DNA of 64,000 nt from Octopus vulgaris (GCA_951406725.2 OX597830.1:17236001-17300000); one strand, 5' to 3'. Positions 37,601-48,645 are shown, counted from the stretch's first letter. Program-made: numbers and translations. Notes: generated from the sequence alone by a model not told the origin.

Positions 37601-38428
37601 AAAAGTCATGTCTCTTAACTTAATTAGTAGTTAATTAATTCAGGCACAGCAGTCACTCTGGCTTGTCTGTTAATTGAATGGACCATTCAAACTTCTCATG
37701 CAAACTATTTATATCTCAAGTCAGGTGTGGAAATATTCCTTCAGCAATGAAATCTTGATGGGGTGGGAGAGATAGAACACTCCCTATGTAAAAGGTTCAT
37801 CTTGATGGGTGCCACATAAAAAGCACTGGTGATGGTGCCATGTAAAAGGCTCCCAGTACATTTTGTAAAGTAGTTTGCATTAGGAAGGGCATCCAGCTAT
37901 AGAAACCAAATGAAAACAGATTGTGAAAGCAGGTGTGGCCCATGTTCTTGCCAAATGTCAAGCCATCCAACCCTTGCCAGCATGAAAAACTGGTGTTAAA
38001 TGTTGATGATGGTGATGATGAATTTTGTTGTGATATGTTTGTGATAATCTTTTAAGTAAATAACAATGTTTACTATCTGTTTTCATGTATCCAGGTACAG
38101 TTTGTTTGGAATGATCACTCACGCTGGTTACACCATATCCTCGGGACACTATGTTGCCTATGTGAAAACCTTCGCTGGCTCACTAACCTGGCACTTCCCA
38201 CCGAACGGTGGACAGCGAGAATCGATGCCAGTGAACAGTGCTGCAAGCTGCCGGTCGTCATACTCAGACTCACACTCGGATGGCGACATCTTCTGGCTGG
38301 AATGTGATGACAGCTCGGTGCGTGTGTTCACCGAGGAAGACTTCCTGGAGCGGCTCTCCTCCGAGGGCCTGCTGACGGGGACACCCTATTTATTGTTCTA
38401 CCACAGATCTCCAATGAAGCGTTCGTAG
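11267..38428 (+). CDS. USP1: Ubiquitin carboxyl-terminal hydrolase 1 (USP1)-like gene, 9 coding exons, about 1130 aa
   Basis: Exons 11267-11547, 15894-16009, 17311-17432, 18893-18943, 20504-20607, 27838-29933, 32475-32661, 35401-35502 and 38095-38428 join in frame via GT-AG introns (3393 nt including stop). Motifs [12 protein letters not shown], [13 protein letters not shown], [69 protein letters not shown] and TPYLLFY match recalled USP1 motifs. Confidence 0.9.
11608..11990 (+). mobile_element. Non-autonomous Helitron
   Basis: A|TC...CTAG|T ends, no TSD, subterminal hairpin; second copy at 49797-50101. Confidence 0.75.
13476..13696. mobile_element. piggyBac-type MITE
   Basis: TTAA duplication on both sides; TIRs ccctttggtgtt / aacactaaaggg. 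Confidence 0.7.
13996..14422. mobile_element. Merlin-like MITE (GG-start TIR, 8-bp TSD)
   Basis: TIR ggatcttttcggtttga; TSD gagcattt; internal ttaggg repeats. Confidence 0.8.
15894..16009 (+). CDS. USP1: USP1 coding exon 2 (start of Cys box)
   Basis: ttgcag acceptor; encodes EPSRSK...[10 protein letters not shown]; donor GTGAGT at 16010 (phase 1). Confidence 0.85.
17311..17432 (+). CDS. USP1: USP1 coding exon 3 (catalytic Cys)
   Basis: tttttag acceptor; [22 protein letters not shown]; donor GTAAGT at 17433 (phase 0). Confidence 0.92.
18893..18943 (+). CDS. USP1: USP1 coding exon 4
   Basis: Acceptor ...ttttcaaag; [17 protein letters not shown]; donor GTATGT. Symmetric 51-nt phase 0-0 exon. 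Confidence 0.7.
19077..19463 (+). mobile_element. tRNA-derived SINE, family D, with target-site duplication
   Basis: Head ggaggcgcaatggcctagtggttagggcagcggac...ggtttcgattccc; flanked by duplicated aataattattat; related head at 52320-52478. Confidence 0.8.
20504..20607 (+). CDS. USP1: USP1 coding exon 5
   Basis: Acceptor ...catttag; [11 protein letters not shown]...[11 protein letters not shown]; donor GTAAGT at 20608 (phase 2), matching the next exon. Confidence 0.82.
21180..21583 (+). mobile_element. SINE/LINE-tail family C with (GAT)n tail and internal ~60-bp tandem units
   Basis: Repeated ggtggcacgtaaaaagcaccatccgatcgtggcc units; ends ccaacccatgc...ggacgttaaacgatgatgatg. Other copies near 5793-6013, 8336-8646, 8912-9198(-), 14518-14795, 33008-33368, 59696-60000(-). 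Confidence 0.8.
22648..23159. mobile_element. Tc1/mariner (pogo/Tigger-like) non-autonomous DNA transposon
   Basis: TIRs ctgtaaatcctcgagtataatcc / ggactatactcgaggatttacgg, flanked by TG and TA. Confidence 0.72.
23478..23882 (+). mobile_element. SINE family B tandem dimer
   Basis: Two consecutive bodies joined at ...cgaaataggtatttcgtctgcc; the same junction occurs in the inverted dimer at about 54117-54471. Confidence 0.8.
25860..27790 (+). mobile_element. Penelope-like retroelement remnant (GIY-YIG endonuclease plus 3' end)
   Basis: Broken frames give [28 protein letters not shown] and [37 protein letters not shown], matching the PLE linker and GIY-YIG. A hammerhead-like motif lies at 27657-27692. 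Confidence 0.75.
27838..29933 (+). CDS. USP1: USP1 coding exon 6 (QHDAQE box, very large low-complexity insert, first half of zinc ribbon)
   Basis: ttgcag acceptor; lies in the 704-aa ORF; QHDAQEFL at the start and [20 protein letters not shown] near the end; donor GTATGT at 29934. Confidence 0.92.
30097..30655 (-). mobile_element. Interspersed repeat ending in (AAT)n, probably a LINE 3' UTR
   Basis: Near-identical partial copy at about 51917-52175. Confidence 0.6.
30740..31600 (-). mobile_element. R4/Dong-type non-LTR retrotransposon 3' remnant (zinc knuckle plus restriction-like endonuclease)
   Basis: CRMCGSENE...SECSKLA; KIVWDF...[21 protein letters not shown]; VIPVVLGAL...[13 protein letters not shown]; adjacent to (TAA)n tracts. 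Confidence 0.75.
31778..32145. mobile_element. Fold-back repeat, Penelope pLTR-like
   Basis: Inverted arms of about 90 bp (31778-31868 and 32006-32096); the same family folds back at 47320-47557. Confidence 0.65.
31899..31943 (-). ncRNA. Minimal type I hammerhead ribozyme-like motif
   Basis: GGACCA CUGAUGA G GUCACA gaaa UGUGAC GAA AG aa CU C UGGCC, in the loop of a fold-back element. Confidence 0.6.
32172..32443. repeat. (AAT)n/(TTAATAA)n microsatellite abutting the exon 7 acceptor
   Basis: Direct reading. Confidence 0.9.
32475..32661 (+). CDS. USP1: USP1 coding exon 7
   Basis: [44 protein letters not shown]; cag acceptor in phase 1; donor GTAAGT at 32662. Confidence 0.92.
35142..35333. 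mobile_element. Tc1/mariner MITE just upstream of exon 8
   Basis: TA|cagggtgtccacaaagtctgggtacat ... atgtacccagactttgtggacaccctg|TA, with an internal direct duplication. Confidence 0.8.
35401..35502 (+). CDS. USP1: USP1 coding exon 8
   Basis: tttctctcag acceptor; [19 protein letters not shown]; donor GTAAGA at 35503; phases 2/2 fit both neighbours. Confidence 0.85.
35881..36301. mobile_element. Merlin-like MITE copy 2
   Basis: Same TIRs; TSD gaagactg. Confidence 0.8.
38095..38428 (+). CDS. USP1: USP1 final coding exon (His box, Asp box, stop)
   Basis: [24 protein letters not shown]...WLECDDSSV...[10 protein letters not shown]; tandem TAG TAG stop. Confidence 0.93.
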
Positions 38429-38804
38429 TAGTGTCGCAGCTCTGGTGCCGGGCCAACAGGCCCACCTCTCTCTCTCTCTTGTCCGATCAACTGCCTTGCA
38501 CTGGGAGTGAACTCCAACTACCCCTGTGCATGCGTGTTGGGCTACCAGTTGCCATCACTCTGCTGCTGCTGCTGCTGACAACCACAAAAAACACCCAACA
38601 AACAATACCTTACTAAGCCACCACCACCACCACCATTACCACGTTACCATTGTTATTGTCATTGTTATTATTACTATCATCATCATCATCAGCAACATCT
38701 TTCATGATGTTATTTATGTTCTAGTTGTAGTATTTTAGCATTAGCAGTGTTTTGTGTTGTAGCCCTGTTCATTCTTCCATCTCAGCCTAAAACAATAATA
38801 GATA

Positions 38805-38810
38805 AATAAA
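38805..38810 (+). promoter_or_regulatory. Candidate proximal polyadenylation signal AATAAA
   Basis: First AATAAA after the stop, in an A-rich context. The true 3' end may be much further (near 43800); not resolvable from sequence. Confidence 0.25.
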
Positions 38811-39220
38811 ACAAAGCCTCCTTCACCGCCCCCCTCCTCATAAAACCCCCAACATAACAATCTATTAAAAAAAAAAATCCACCGTAATTATTTAAAATAA
38901 ACACAGAAAAACAAAAAAAAAAATAACCCCTCGTCCCCATACTCTGTCTCTATGAAACAGCTGCTGTGGCTGCTTAGCAGAGTGAGATGTCTGTCTTACT
39001 TCTGGAGTTGAGATGGCTGTGACAACAGTGTAAGTGTCATTGCCATATTAGTTGCCCTACAGTTCTTTCAGTTTTGCAGCATCACACCTGCTCCGGTTTC
39101 AGAATGTGCTGCAGGAGGTGTCACAACTACTGAATTGTTGTCGCTGCCCTCACCCCTTCCCTTTGTAGCAGGAGGTGAAATGAATACTATGGCATACTGG
39201 GTAAGAACTGCACATATATA

Positions 39221-39266
<46 letters not shown>

Positions 39267-39345
39267 CACACACACACACACATATCTACCTATCCTTATA
39301 TACATATATGCACATGTATATATACAAGCAAATATGTATACATGC

Positions 39346-39378
<33 letters not shown>

Positions 39379-39795
39379 TATCTACCTATCCTTATATACA
39401 TATATGCACACGTATATATACAAGCAAATATGTATACATGCATATATATATATATACACACACACACACACGTACAAATATGTGTATGTGTGAATGTATA
39501 TATTATATGTATATGTGTATGTATAATATATATATATATATATATGTATATATTTCAAGATTTTCTTAAAAGGTATTAACTAATTAAAAGAAAATTTAAT
39601 CGTTAATAACTGTTAAGAAAGCCTTTCTTTAAATATTATGGCTGTACAAAGTATTTTTTACAAAAATTTTAAATATGCATGTGTGTGTTTGTATGCATGT
39701 GTATGTGTGTGTACGTACACATGTGTATACGTATATTGTATGTATAAGCACGTGTATGTGTGTGTATACAATGTGTTCGTGTGTGTGTCTATGTG

Positions 39796-39840
<45 letters not shown>

Positions 39841-40217
39841 GCACACACACACACACACACATGCACATATCTATATATATAGATTTAGCTATGTATACAT
39901 ACCTGCTTCTGTGTGTGTGTGTATGTTTACATTTGTACTTCTTTGAAAGTCACACTTTGGAAGCAGTTGTTTTGTCCCTTCTCTTCTGTCAAGAAGTCAT
40001 TCGGCTTGCTTTGTGCCTTCCAAGCCATACAGAGTGAAAGATCTCTTCCTTGGAAAAATATGTAGAGGTTAGCAAGAGGGGAAAACATTCAGCTTGTAAA
40101 ACAGTTCCTGAATAACATATTTGATTTGGTCTAACTCATGCTAACATGGAAAAACATACGTAAAAATTAAATGAATAGATGAACACACGTGTGCGTTTAC
40201 ACACGCACACACACATA

Positions 40218-40255
<38 letters not shown>

Positions 40256-40830
40256 AGTATTGAACAGTGTGAATATGTGCTCAACACTGCATTGGTAGAT
40301 AAATATTCTTTATTTATGGATTAAAGAGGCAACCAATGGCTTTGTCAGAAGATCTCCACAATCATTCAAGCGATCCACTTAAGAATGATGGAACTCGTCT
40401 TCATATTCAGTGGGAGACAATAGCAACATTTCCAAGTGGATTGTCATAAATAATTGTGGAAACCTTTTCCGCATGAAACCATTGGTTGCTTTGTTAGTCC
40501 ACACATAAAGTACAATATAGATTTATTTATTATTGTTATTATTATTTAAAGCAGTTTGATATGGCCCCATACAACTTAACTTTCATAGGCGTCTGTAAGT
40601 TGTATGGGTCTGAATTAAACTGTTTTAAATTATCATATATATAATTCTACTAAATGGGTTGAGTGCTTATTTCTGTTGTCTGTCCACTCGTGTGTATATG
40701 TGTGTTTATATATATATAAATATATATATTTAATTTATAAGATACATATATAGGGTAGCGAATATTCTTAGAAATATCATATCACCACCAGTGGCCTAGC
40801 ATGTATAAATAGTCAATAGACAACATATTC

Positions 40831-41127
40831 TCAATGTAAAATAGTGTACAAGAGAAAGCTACCTTTAACAGGTCATTTTTACTTGCTAGAAGAAGCAGCC
40901 AAAACGACCAAAACCACATTTAATAGCAATTTTCGAAGGGAATGAAAAATAAAAACTTTTACCTTGTTAAAAGGTAAAAAATAACAAGGTAAAAGTTTTT
41001 ATTTTTCATTCCTTTCGAAAATTGCTCTTAAATGTGGTTTTGGTCGTTTTGACTGCTTCTTCTAGCGTGTAAAAATTACCTGTTAAAGGTAGTTTTCTCC
41101 TGTGTTTAAATGTACACTATTTTATAT

Positions 41128-41130
<3 letters not shown>
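40831..41130. repeat. Long near-perfect inverted repeat (arms about 140 bp, 12-nt spacer)
   Basis: 40831-40969 is the reverse complement of 40982-41130, with few mismatches and one indel. Confidence 0.9.
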
Positions 41131-41176
<46 letters not shown>

Positions 41177-41534
41177 CCCAGTATGGCGACAGCCCTGGGG
41201 CTGAAATGTATAAAAGAATAAAAGGCTATGTTTTTATGTTCACTTTTACATGCCAGCATGGGTTAGGTGAATATATTATTGATTTGTTATTTTACAGCTT
41301 GACCTTTCTTATCACTAACCCATACATGTTTTTCAAGTGAGGAATATCTTATTCCACATATCTTCAAAGATGCTGTGCCAGCGAACTACCCATAGTCAGG
41401 GAAAACATCAGCTGTTTCACAGCCCATAATGCCTGAATGATTTTTGGGACAAGTTCAAATGTAAACAAGACACATACACAGACAGAGACACACACACACC
41501 TTGCAGACTCTTGGAAAAACTGATCAAAAACGGA

Positions 41535-41980
41535 TGGATGTGTGTGTATGTGTGAATATATGAGTGTATGTATGAATGCATATGTGTGTTTGTATGTATG
41601 TGTGTGCATGTGTGTATGTATATGTATGTGCATATGTATGTATGTGTGTGTATGTGTGTATGTGTATATATGTATGTGTGTATGTATGTATATATGTATA
41701 TGTATGTGTGTGTATATGTATGTGTATATGTATATATGTTTGTATGTGTGTATGTATATGTGTGTGCATGTACATGTATATATATGTATGCATGTGTGTG
41801 TATGTATGTAAATATATGTATGCATGCATTCATATATACATACATGTATATATGCATGCATTGTGTGTATGTATATGTGTTTGCATGTTTGTGTATATAT
41901 TATAATATACATATGTATGAATGTGTATGTGTACACATATATACATACACACTCACATGTGCACAAAATATATACATATC
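41535..41980. repeat. Degenerate (TG/TA)n tract
   Basis: Direct reading; similar tracts at 26860-27340, 39220-39930, 43290-43570 and 47100-47310. Confidence 0.9.
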
Positions 41981-43050
41981 TGCTACTGCTGCTATCAATC
42001 ACTATTGTTCATGATTGCCTTCATAGTTATTCCACTACTACCTCCCAGGTATCTATCTCAAGGTGTGGGTACACACAATCATGAAAATGTTTTGCAATGT
42101 AATTTGCATTTAAGTGTTGATGGCTTTTGTAATTTGCTCGCGACACCCCTTTGGAGGGCCACAAGTTTTTCCCACTACTTAGCTGGATGCAAGTTGCAAT
42201 TGTTGGGCGAAAGATGCTGTAAAATTCCAAACCAACCTACACCTTCAAGGTTACCATGTGGCAAGGTTTCTTTTGCAGTTTTCTCCCTTCGTCCTTAGCT
42301 CTGATGAAAGCCCCATGATACAAGTCGGTAGTTTAACTATCCATGGCAGAGGCAGTTAACTCCTTGAGTAAATATACATACTCAGTGTGTGTGTGTGTGT
42401 GAAATTATCTGTATGTTTGTGTGAATGATTGTGGTGTGTACTCACTCACACACATATATATATGTATGTATGTATATATCTGTGCAAAGAACTACACATG
42501 CATATGTATATTGTATGTATACAACTTTAGTGCATACATCTATATTTATTGATATTTCACTCCTTCAATTTAGATTTTATAAATTGTGTGTGTGTGTGTG
42601 TGTGTGTGTAATGAAACAGCTACATTCTGGAAGAGTCATATTAACTTTTTTAGAACAGAAAAACTTATATTTGTTTTTGTTTATTTCCTAATAGTACAGC
42701 TTTTATTCTGAGAATATAAGATGTCAAATGGTTTTCACTGCATAATTCCATTGTATCTTCATACAGTGGAATTTCCCCATTTTGAAGGACACAGTGACAT
42801 GAGAAAACTTTGTGGCACTTAATAACTTATTGTCCTATTCTGAAATAAACAAAAAGGGATATAATAACATTTGTGTGTTAAATAACTTAATTGTTTCTTC
42901 CACAGTGTCGTTGTCATAAACTAAAGTCTCAGATCAAGTCACTTGCCAAACAATACAAGATATACACAATAATACAGGTCAATGCTATTACGTGGTGTTT
43001 TGGTATTCTAGGATTAGGTTTTAATAGCTATCAAAACGTTTTCTCTGTAA

Positions 43051-43090
43051 ATTTCCTGAAGAAGGGCTTTAAAGTTCGAAATATTGAAAT
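43051..43090 (+). ncRNA. Minimal type I hammerhead ribozyme-like motif
   Basis: AUUUC CUGAAGA A GGGCUU ua AAGUUC GAA A ua U U GAAAU. Confidence 0.5.
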
Positions 43091-44255
43091 ACCAGGTAAT
43101 AGTACTAACCATCAACCTGTGTTATTAATTTGTTTCTAACTTGTATTGTTTAGGATTCAAAAAGAAATATTTAAAACACACACGCACACACACGCACACA
43201 CACGCACACACACGCACACACACGCACACACACGCACACACACACACACACATATCAGACAAAGCTTCATGAAAACTATATATTTATGTCTATTGTTATG
43301 CATATGTAAATATGCGTGCTCTCACACACACTCATGCGACACACATGTATAATTATATTTACACGTATATTTTTATGTGTATATAAATGTGCACATATGA
43401 ATATATACATGTGCTTTGTGTTATGTGTTTGTCTCTGCTCATGTTCATATGTTTCATACATACACACAACATACATGCATATATGGGTTTGCATATATAT
43501 GTATATATGTGTGTGTATGTGTGTATATATCTGTATATATGTGTGTATGTATATATACACATAATAATACATATATCTGTCCTATTTATGTTTGTGTATG
43601 CTTATCTTTCGTAATTTAGCTTTTATTGTTGTAAAAAAAGATTTATTTTATAAACTTTCTCCAGTTTCAAAATGTTGTCTTAAACTATTAAAAACCCTTT
43701 CCTCCCATTTTTAACTTTATTTTTTCATTGTTTTTTTTTTTTTATATACATAAAAAAAAAAATATTTAAAAACAACTTAAACTGCCAACTAATATTGTAA
43801 ATATAAATATTTCCTGGACTGTTCAAACTTATTCTGAATTGTCAGATTTCTTTCTTCTTTCTACTCGTTTCATCCAACGGCCTCCCCCCTTTTTTTTTGA
43901 AGACATTCTCCAGTATTAATTGTCCCTTCTTTAGCACACTGCATTTTCACTAGAATTGTTTCCCCTGCCTCTGCCCTGCAACAACAGGAGAGAAAACTCA
44001 TGCAGCAACATGATGCATTTCAGTGTGCTAAAGATTAATAAAATTATAAGTGTTTTCAATTAATCCATAATGACCTTATTTTTAGAGATGAAATATTAAA
44101 AAAAAAAAAATGTTTCACTTCTAAAGATGTTTTAAAAATGATAATCTCATTAGGCCATCTCATACATTTAAGCATTTATTTGTTATTGTATATTTTGTTT
44201 AACATAATTATTTTTCCTCTCATGACCCTTGTTTCATTTCCTCCATTCTTCAATG

Positions 44256-44602
44256 CAGTGGTTCTCTACCGTTTTTTTTTTTACTTATGGACCCCTTGTT
44301 TACTATTTCATATTCTGGTGGACTCCCTATAACCGTTTGACATTTAAAAATTAATTTTATAGATACTTCTTTCAAAGTCCCTATTTTCTTATTCACACAT
44401 TAACTTGTGTAGGTTGAACTATGTAAAATGTTAGACAATGAGATCTGGCTGTTTCTTGCATTACAAACATCAAAATCAAAATAATTCATGGCCCCTTAAG
44501 ATATTACTGTATATTCCCAATTTACTATTTTGCTAGTGTGGACCCCTCAAAATCTTATATGGGCTTGCAGGGGTCATATAGAACCCCAGTTGAGAACCAC
44601 TG
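44256..44602. mobile_element. hAT-type MITE
   Basis: TIRs cagtggttctc / gagaaccactg; degenerate 8-bp TSD cttcaatg/ctttaata; internal similarity to 7357-8023. Confidence 0.65.
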
Positions 44603-47225
44603 CTTTAATATAAACTTTGAGTCACAATTCAATTACAAAGAAACAAACAAAAAAAAACTTTGGTGAGAGTGGAGGAGGATTAAGCTGCAACAGGTGGACA
44701 GGGATGGGGCAGTGGGGTTACACACCCCAGAACAAATGACATTTTTAGCCACACCCCATGGTCATGATTGCTATGGCTTTGCTGTGGAGAATGGCCTATG
44801 ACATTTGTTGCAGCAGCCACTCCACCTCGTCGGACTCATTTCTCAGTTTGGCCTGCCGTTATTCTGATTTTGTGGAGGAAATTGGTACTGCAGCATCCAA
44901 GAATACCTGCAGTCTTGACAGCGACCGGCACAAACTTTTTTTCTTGATCTTTGTTTAAAGTAATCATCATTCAGCTGTCCTGTGTTCAGAATCTTAGCAG
45001 TTAGAAAAAAAGATTAGTTTCATTGTTATGATCTTGTTGTTGCATTGATAGCTCTTGATGTTGTCTGGGCTAGGGCTATTGAGGTCGGTTGGTTTGTCCA
45101 CATTACTTTGCAAGGGGCACAGGGCTGGTTTTGTGGTTTCTCTGGTGGACATATTCCTCCCTAGATTGGATGCTGGTCCATTGCAGGATTATTCATTTAC
45201 CAGCAGAGGTGGACTGGAGCAGCGTGAAATGAAGTGTTTTGCTCAAGAACACAAAGCATTGCCCAGTCCAGGAATCAAAACCACAATGTTACTATAATGA
45301 GTCCAACACCCTAACCACTAGGCCATGCGCTTCCATTGGATATTGAGGTGATCAACACTAATGAACTAAATTCATTATATTTACATTCATCCTTCTCAGT
45401 TCCGGTTCCTGTTTGAATCTTACTTGAGGTTGACTTCAATTACAACCAACACCACCGAACACCATTATGACAAGGAGCCTTAATGTGGTCACTTGACCTG
45501 CTAGAAATATCAGCAAACTTCTTTTAACGTTACACCCTACAGTCTTAAAAAATGGAAGACGTGCATGTATTCAGTATAATGTAGTTCTGGATAGATTATT
45601 ATATCTTGAAAAGAGATAAGTTGATCTCAATTAAACACCTTTATTAATGAATCTACAGATCAGGGAAAATTCAGGACTAAACAGCAGCAGCAACAATACT
45701 ATCATCTGTCAGCAGGGGTTGTTAAAATAAATACAAGCAGTGCCCTATGATAAGGGTCGATACAGTCAATCAAGAACCTTTTAGGTACAGCATTTCGGTT
45801 TATGTTCAGATAACAGAAATCACTATATCTGAAAATTGTCTTTACAACTGCCTGTTTAAAGCTGACCTTTGCTACATGGTTGCTGTATTTTTTAATAATG
45901 TTTTTTTCTACACAATGTCTACTGTCATATGAACATATTCCATGAGTTAAATTATTTGTCATCATATTTCTTCTGCTGTTCAATCTATCAAAATTTTGAA
46001 TGATACTGCCGCTACATAATACGACTTGCTATCTGGGTATATACAAAACATGTTTGCAACATCTCTTGTTTGTGTAACTTCCAGTATACTATGATGTGTC
46101 TGCATAATACTTTGTGTCCATGTCATATTTATGTGTACCATACATCAATGTATCACATTTTTCTGTTACCACAGCTCTCAGTAGCATACTGTATGTTACC
46201 TCAACACAAGATTGGCCTCTATGTAACATTGATGCAACTCCTGGTGGTGTTCTGTGTGATATCTATATAAATCTTTTTACCTTTTTACATGATGTTCTTT
46301 GATGTATATTTCTAGATATAATCTGGTAATAGAATACCATCTCCATTTCCACATCTTATTTCTCTGCTATCACATAGTATCACAATTATGGAATATCATT
46401 ATTATATGTAATATCGCTATTAAAATGTGTGCTAATAGCTAATTAGCAGATGACAAGTTGGTGCTGTGAAGGTGAAAGTTCAAAAACAAAGTCGAAAACT
46501 GCCTTATTGTAAATTTATGTATATGATGCCCCTGAAGGAACACAGACATAAAACCGAATGATGATGATGATTAATGGATACTTTGGTTCTTATAGCAGTT
46601 GGTATATAATATTTCTACTCACCTTTGGCAATAACTATATACTTCCCATCTGTACATATCAGCCTACAGATACTGTCGGGTTGCTATGACAATAAGATGC
46701 ATCTGTGTACATATGTCATAATCAAACTGTCCATATCTATGCATAAAGTCTTTTGGATACGACACAATAATTAAGCTCTTTCATTAGTAGCAATGTTTGA
46801 TATCCCTTACGTCTCTGCACAAAGCCAACACGGAATGTCATCCATTTCCAACCACTTGCGTACTTTTTTCTGTACATACACACAGAGGAGGGGTGGGGTA
46901 CTGAAGAGTTTCTGGCTTTGGGTAAAAGAAAATACAGGAAGATGATTGCGACTACGTTCACCATATTCTTTTCTCAGAGTCACACACTTATTGCAGCTGT
47001 CTTTCAGTTTTTCTAAGCCATGTCAAAGAATTCGGAAGGTTGGGCCCTCAACCAGGCCATTCGTGATACCCTTAAAGCCAGGAACATTTCAGTATCCCCT
47101 CGTGTATGTATGTACGTGTATATATATGTATATGTATATATATGTATATATATGTATATGTATGTATGTGTATATATATATGTATATATGTGTATATGTA
47201 TATATGTGTATATGTATGTATGTGT

Positions 47226-47257
<32 letters not shown>

Positions 47258-47264
47258 GTATATA

Positions 47265-47309
<45 letters not shown>

Positions 47310-47319
47310 CGTTTATATA

Positions 47320-47557
47320 TTTGTTTTGCAAGATTTTTGATGTGAAATCGTGTGTTGAAACAGATATTGTTGTATTTAGGAATGGTCATTTTGCCAGTTT
47401 AGCCAGTAAAAACACACGCACTATATATTTGGTGTTACTCTGGTCGAAATAAGATTAAGATTAATGTAAAAAATATATAACGCTGAAGTAAATTAATCAT
47501 AGTGTGTGAGTTTTTACTTGCTAAACTGGCAAAATGACCATTCCTAAATACAACAAT
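47320..47557. mobile_element. Fold-back repeat, same family as 31778-32145
   Basis: ttgtatttaggaatggtcattttgccagtttagc and its reverse complement lie about 110 bp apart. Confidence 0.65.
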
Positions 47558-48393
47558 ATATCTATATCTATATATATATATATATATATATATAAATATA
47601 TGATGTCCATACATATTTCTACATACTGATATACCTTTAATACTGCTCCTACATGTGTCTGTATTGTGGGGAAACATGTAGCTCTGCCATTGAAAATTAA
47701 AGTGGTCAGACATGATAATAGGGTGTAGGGCATTCCACGTGACTTGTTCCTTTATATAGCAATGCAAAAATAAAAAAAAAAAAGAAAAGAAAAAAAAAAA
47801 CAACTTTCTGGGCCCCGACTTTTTTTCAACTGAATATACAACAATATCAAAAATAAATTGAAACAAGCAAATGAAAAGTAAAAAAAAAAATAAATTTTTT
47901 TAAAACTGTCCGCATCAGTTCGTTTATGTCTGTGATGCTGCATAGTTACATACCAGCGTAGTTACGAGTGACTACTTACAAAAACAATATCACAAAATAA
48001 TCCTCAGATAATTATTAAAAGACAGAAAGAAACCTTCATATTTATTTTTTATTGTTTTTACTGATTTCTGTTGATGGTTTACTACGATTTTTGAGAGTAC
48101 TTGATAGAAATTTTTTTTATATTATATTTTCTTTCCACTGAAGGTAGACACTAAATCATACGTCACATCTGCATTTTTTTGTCGTATGTAAAATGCATAC
48201 AATATAGTATTGATGTGTGTGTGTGTAATATATATATGCACACACGTGTGTATATATACATGTATATTTATATATATAGATATGTGTGTGCATATTTGTA
48301 TGTGTGTGTGTGTGTATATATATATACCGGAGTAAAGACATAAATGTGAAACAAGGTGGAAAAAAGAGTACTCAAATACCAGAGGTAGAGTAA

Positions 48394-48542
48394 TATGCTT
48401 TATTCAAAAGCAGCAGAAAATTCAACAAAACCTGTTACTCTGAGTTTCACGTTCCCGTTCGTGGACAGTTTTTGCTAAACGCGAACGTGAAACTCAGAGT
48501 AACAGGTTTTGTTGAATTTTCTGCTGCTTTTAAATAAAGTAT
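48394..48542. repeat. Inverted repeat, arms about 60 bp
   Basis: ctttattcaaaagcagcagaaaattcaacaaaacctgttactctgagtttcacgttc and its reverse complement. Confidence 0.85.
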
Positions 48543-48595
48543 ATATATATATATACATATATATACATACATGTATCTATATAGATGTCTATACA

Positions 48596-48645
<50 letters not shown>

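Noticed and set aside
41364-42014. 212-aa and overlapping His/Thr/Tyr/Ile or Cys/Val-rich ORFs (also 26832-27395 and 53114-53594)
   Set aside because: Artefacts of (CA/TA)n tracts.
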